Below are positions 60,354-64,000 of a stretch of DNA of 64,000 nucleotides, piece by piece. Both the position numbers and the translations under genes were made by a program. Source of the DNA: Pseudomonadota bacterium (GTDB taxonomy: Bacteria > Pseudomonadota > Gammaproteobacteria > Steroidobacterales > Steroidobacteraceae). Where the stretch lies: assembly GCA_016705325.1 (NCBI GenBank), contig JADIYJ010000034.1, positions 9,685 to 73,684 of the forward strand, read 5' to 3'. The notes beneath the pieces were generated by a model. It had not been told where the DNA came from, searched no databases, and was given only the letters and a program-made list of their open reading frames with translations. How positions within the stretch are numbered: position 1 is the stretch's first letter; each line of letters opens with the position of its first letter.

Positions 60354-62696
60354 GTCGGCGAACGGCGACGCGACCTCCCAGTGCCCGGTTCCGCCGTTCC
60401 CCTGGCGCGTCGCTGATCGTCTTGGACGCTATGTTCGAGCGCGCGCTCTCGGCACCGCTGGTCGTGTACGCCTTGACCGCGAAGTACCACGTGCCCGGCC
60501 CGAGGTCCTGGACGACGCCGCTGGTCAGGCCCGGGTTCGGTAGCTCGAGTATCTGGTTCAGGTTGCTCGAGTTCGTGCTGTAGAGAATGCGGTAACCCCT
60601 CAGGTCAGTCAGCGGCGCGCCGGTGGTGTCTTCGGTCGGCGGAGTCCAGCGGATGGTCGCAGAACCCAGCTGCACCTGCTGCACGACGAGGGTGAAGCTC
60701 GGCAACGCGGCGCTGACCGTGCCATCTGACACCGAGATGACGATGCCCGCGTAGCTGCCGACATTGGCGGCAGCAGGTGTACCGCTCAGCCGTCCCGTGG
60801 CGGTGTTGAAGTTCGCCCAGGACGGCATGTTGGCGATCGAGAACGTCAATGCCTGGCCTTCCGGATCAGAGGCGGTTGGAGGCCGGACGAAGGCGGCGGC
60901 CGCTGATCACTGGCGGCGGGTGACCGTGAGCTCGGCAACGGGCGCTGGCCGTGCCATCCGACACCGAGATGACGATGCCCGCGTAACTGCCGACATTGGC
61001 GGCGGCAGGCGTGCCGCTCAGCCGTCCCGTGGCGGTACTGAAGCTCGCCCAGGACGGCATGTTGGCGATCGAGAACGTCAATGCCTGGCCTTCCGGATCA
61101 GAGGCGGTCGGCGTGAAGCTGTACGCCTGGCCGACGGTGACAGAAGTTGCAGGCGTGCCGCTGATCACCGGCGGCTGGTTTGCGGCCGCCTGGACCGCCA
61201 GTGTAAAGCTCGGCAACGAAGTGCTGACGCTGCCGTCCGAGACCGAGATGACGATGCCCGCATAGCTGCCGGCGTTGGCGGCGGCAGGCGTGCCGCTGAG
61301 CCGCCCGGTGCTGGTGTTGAAACTCGCCCACGAGGGACGGTTGGCGACAGAGAAGGTGAGCGGCTGGCCCTCCGGGTCGGACGCCGTCGGCGTGAAGGCA
61401 TAGGCCTGCCCGACGTTCACCGAAGTCGCGGGGCTGCCGCTGATGACTGGCGGCTGGTTCGGTGCGCTGACAACGATCGTAAAGGGTGGCAGCGAGGCCT
61501 GCGCCGCGCCGTCCGAGACCGAGATTGAGACGTTGATGTACGACCCGGCTTGCGCCGCAGTGGGTATCCCCGATAGGCGCCCCGTCGAGGTGTTGAAGCT
61601 CGCCCAGGAAGGCCGGTTGGCGACTGAGTACGTGAGTGCCTGGCCGTCCGGGTCCGTGGCGCTGGGCAGGAACGCATAAGCTTGCCCCGCCTCGACCGTG
61701 GTTGGCGGCGCACCAGAGATCACCGGTGGGTTGTTGCTGGCGATGACGGTAATCGAGAAGGCCGGCAGGGGGGCGCTGGCCGCACCGTCCGACACCGTGA
61801 TCACCATGTTGGCGTGCGTGCCGACGTTCCGGCGGCCGGTGTTCCGCTCAGCAGGCCGGTCGCGGTGTTGAAATTCGCCCAGGCAGGCCTGTTGCTGATC
61901 GAGAACGTTAGTGCCTGTCCATCCGGATCCGTGGCTGTGGAAGGAACGAATACGCCTGGCCGGCTGCCACTGCAGCAGCAGGGGTGCCCGTGATCACCGG
62001 CGTGCGGTTGGTCGGTCCAGGGGTGGTTCCGGCGGTGACTGCGATAGCGAACGTTGGCAGGGCCGTCTGGGCCACGCCGTCCGACACCGAGATCGCGATG
62101 CCGCTGTGCGTACCCACGTCTCCCGCGGCGGGAGTTCCCCACAGCCGGCCGGTGACGGCGTCGAACTGCGCCCACGACGGTCTGCCGGTCACGGAGAAGA
62201 CCAGGGTCTGCCCATCCGGGTCAGAAACCTGCGGGATAAATTCGTAGGAATTGCCCGCGACGACGCTGCCGGTCGGTGTGCCGCCGATCATGGGCGCTGT
62301 GTTCGTGGGCGGGAGACCCTGGACGGTGAGGTCGAAGGCCGGAAGTTCGCTGACTGACTTGCCGTCCGAGACGCTGATCCGAACGCGCTGGTAGGTCGGC
62401 AAGGCCGTGGCCGTAGGCGTGCCCTCCAGCTTGCCAGTGATCGGGCTGAAGGTCGCCCATTCGGGCCGGTTCTCGATCTGGAATGTCAGCGTGTCGCCGT
62501 CGGCGTCCGAAGCCGAGGGCACGAACTCATAAGTCTGGCCCACCTGCGCGACAGCAACCGGCAGGCCGACAATTTGCGGCGGACTATTGGCCGAAGGCGA
62601 ACTCGGGTCCGTCCCGGCTGAGCCGCCGCCGCAGGCGGCGATGAACCCGCAGGCGATCGACAGTGAAATCCGCTTCCACATGGCCATATTTCCCAT
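60235..62696 (-). CDS. Large surface lipoprotein with seven Ig-like (cadherin-like / putative-Ig-domain) repeats and a C-terminal FN3-like domain; the frame is broken at three places
   Basis: Lipobox [19 protein letters not shown]. ~93-aa repeats each contain GQAY.F.P.A.DP.GQ.LTFS..N.P.WA.F...TGRL.GTP...(V/A)G.Y..I.ISVSDG. They are read from ORFs 61908..62879, 61801..62175, 60866..61807 and 60235..60849. The FN3-like tail is [26 protein letters not shown]...[12 protein letters not shown]. The 3' end is uncertain because the ORF runs 118 nt into dsbD. Confidence 0.75.
60764..62560. repeat. Tandem ~279-bp coding repeats of the Ig-like repeat gene
   Basis: The same motif start recurs at 60996, 61275 and ~61550 (279-nt period). 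Copies starting at 60764 and 60996 share a ~115-nt near-identical stretch but are only 232 nt apart. Confidence 0.8.
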
Positions 62697-63218
62697 CAAG
62701 CACTCGCGTCCGCAAGGCTCAGGCGCGGGGAAATCGGATAGGAAGGCGGGAAGCTCAGAGATAGCGGCGACGTGCGCATCGAAAGCACGACGAACGCCGG
62801 CACTGGGCAACCCCGCTATCCTGGACATCCGTCCTCGGACCGGAGGCTTTGCGTCCCTGCCTTTCGGCAGGTTTGCCATTACAAAAACCAGTCGACGCTC
62901 AGTATGCTTGCAGCGCCACGCAGATCAACAATTGCCCGGCTTTCTACGCCAGAACTGTGAGGCAGTTGTGTTGAGATGGCTAAGCCGCCGGTCCAGCGGA
63001 CGGGCAGGCCGGATTGCGAAGCAGTCCCAAGGCCGAATGGTCAATTAATCTAGCAGCGATCTTACGCCGGGTCGAGCCAGATTATGTCGCCAATCACCGA
63101 CGTTGCGGCTGGGACCCTGTAGCGTCGGGGTCCGGGGAAGCGTGACGTGGGTCGCACTTCATGCCGCCACGTCTGACTAGACTCAAATGTTGTCCAGCGA
63201 CCTGCGGGGCGCATCCCC

Positions 63219-64000
63219 TTGATTTCACTCACACGTCAGTCCACTCAGCAGCGTGCGTTGCCATGGAACGCGCCGCTGGCGATTGCGTTGGGTACGCTCG
63301 TCCTGACCGCTGGACTGTTCTGGCCGACGTCGATCGAAATCGCGGATCTCTGGCAGGACACCGTGCGTCGTCGCTACACCCACGGCTGGTTGGTATTGGG
63401 TATCGCCGTGTGGCTGATCTGGCGCGACCGCGCCCGGTTGCGCGCAATCGAAATGGCACCGCCGAGCTTCGGCTGGTGCGTGGTCGCCATCGGCAGCGTC
63501 GGATGGCTCGTCGGCTTGAATGCCGGGTTGTTGGCCGTGACCACCCTGGCGATGCCGTTGCTGGTTCTTGCCACGATCTGGTCAGCGGCCGGGAAAGCCG
63601 TCGCACGGCGCGTTGCCTTTCCGGTGCTCTACCTTTATTTCGCGTTTCCGGTGTGGGAGCTGATCAACCCGTTGCTGCAATCGGTGACGGCCCTCGTGAA
63701 TGTCTGGCTGACTCGTATCGCGGGCATTCCCGTGACGATGGAAGGGAACGTCATCCAGATTCCCGCAGGTTCGTTCGAGATCGCGGGCGGCTGCAGCGGC
63801 TTGCACTTCTTCATCGTGGCGCTCGCGCTTGCCGCGCTGCAGGGTGAACTCGATCGGGACGACTTGCGCACGCGGTGGCTGTTGTTGGGAATTGCGGGTG
63901 TGCTGGCGCTGGTCACCAACTGGCTGCGGGTATTCATCATCATCGTTGCCGGCCAGTTGACCGACATGCAGCATTTCCTGGTCAAGGTCGATCACTACTA
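63219..64000 (+). CDS. Exosortase (EpsH/Xrt family), 3' end outside the window
   Basis: The frame is open from 63177 to the window end and is not in the ORF track because it has no stop. It has multiple TM helices, ...YTHGWLVL..., the catalytic-type FEIAGGCSGLHFFIV, TNWLRVFIIIVAG and DH. The TTG at 63219 is only a tentative start. Confidence 0.75.
   Translation, partial: MISLTRQSTQQRALPWNAPLAIALGTLVLTAGLFWPTSIEIADLWQDTVRRRYTHGWLVLGIAVWLIWRDRARLRAIEMAPPSFGWCVVAIGSVGWLVGLNAGLLAVTTLAMPLLVLATIWSAAGKAVARRVAFPVLYLYFAFPVWELINPLLQSVTALVNVWLTRIAGIPVTMEGNVIQIPAGSFEIAGGCSGLHFFIVALALAALQGELDRDDLRTRWLLLGIAGVLALVTNWLRVFIIIVAGQLTDMQHFLVKVDHY

Overview
High-GC chromosomal segment (GC not computed) whose core gene order looks gammaproteobacterial and Xanthomonadales-like: rhlB-trxA-rho, and purD-purH-fis-dusB-(DUF3426)-prmA ... 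accC-accB-aroQ-tlpA-dsbD. The left third carries an M13 peptidase, a LemA-TPM-TPM operon, a LysM L,D-transpeptidase, a Rieske oxygenase, an orphan contractile-tail-sheath homologue, a disrupted 5-oxoprolinase, an MGMT-like gene, plsB, arfB, an MscS-like channel and cysQ. The convergent gap between a DMT transporter gene and purD holds a 244-nt poly-G tract flanked by palindromic REP-like elements. A ~22-kb accessory block (about 32.7-54.9 kb) separates prmA from accC. It contains three parts. (i) An alkyl-sulfatase-like / outer-membrane uptake / GMC oxidoreductase + Tat subunit + aldehyde dehydrogenase cluster, bracketed by an inverted duplication of a Crp-like regulator and including a multiply damaged arylsulfatase pseudogene. 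(ii) A ribbon-helix-helix antitoxin-like gene with a truncated ParE-like remnant. (iii) A MerR-type regulator divergent from a czcCBA - PII-like - czcD metal-efflux operon. The right end holds a 7-repeat Ig-like lipoprotein gene and the 5' part of an exosortase gene. I recognised no rRNA, complete tRNA, CRISPR array, integrase or transposase. At least eight single-nucleotide frame breaks occur in conserved genes, at or next to short homopolymer runs. This points to an indel-prone assembly rather than widespread gene decay, so frame-broken genes are called by function and the breaks are flagged. All homology statements rest on reading the translated ORFs against remembered family motifs; no searches were run.
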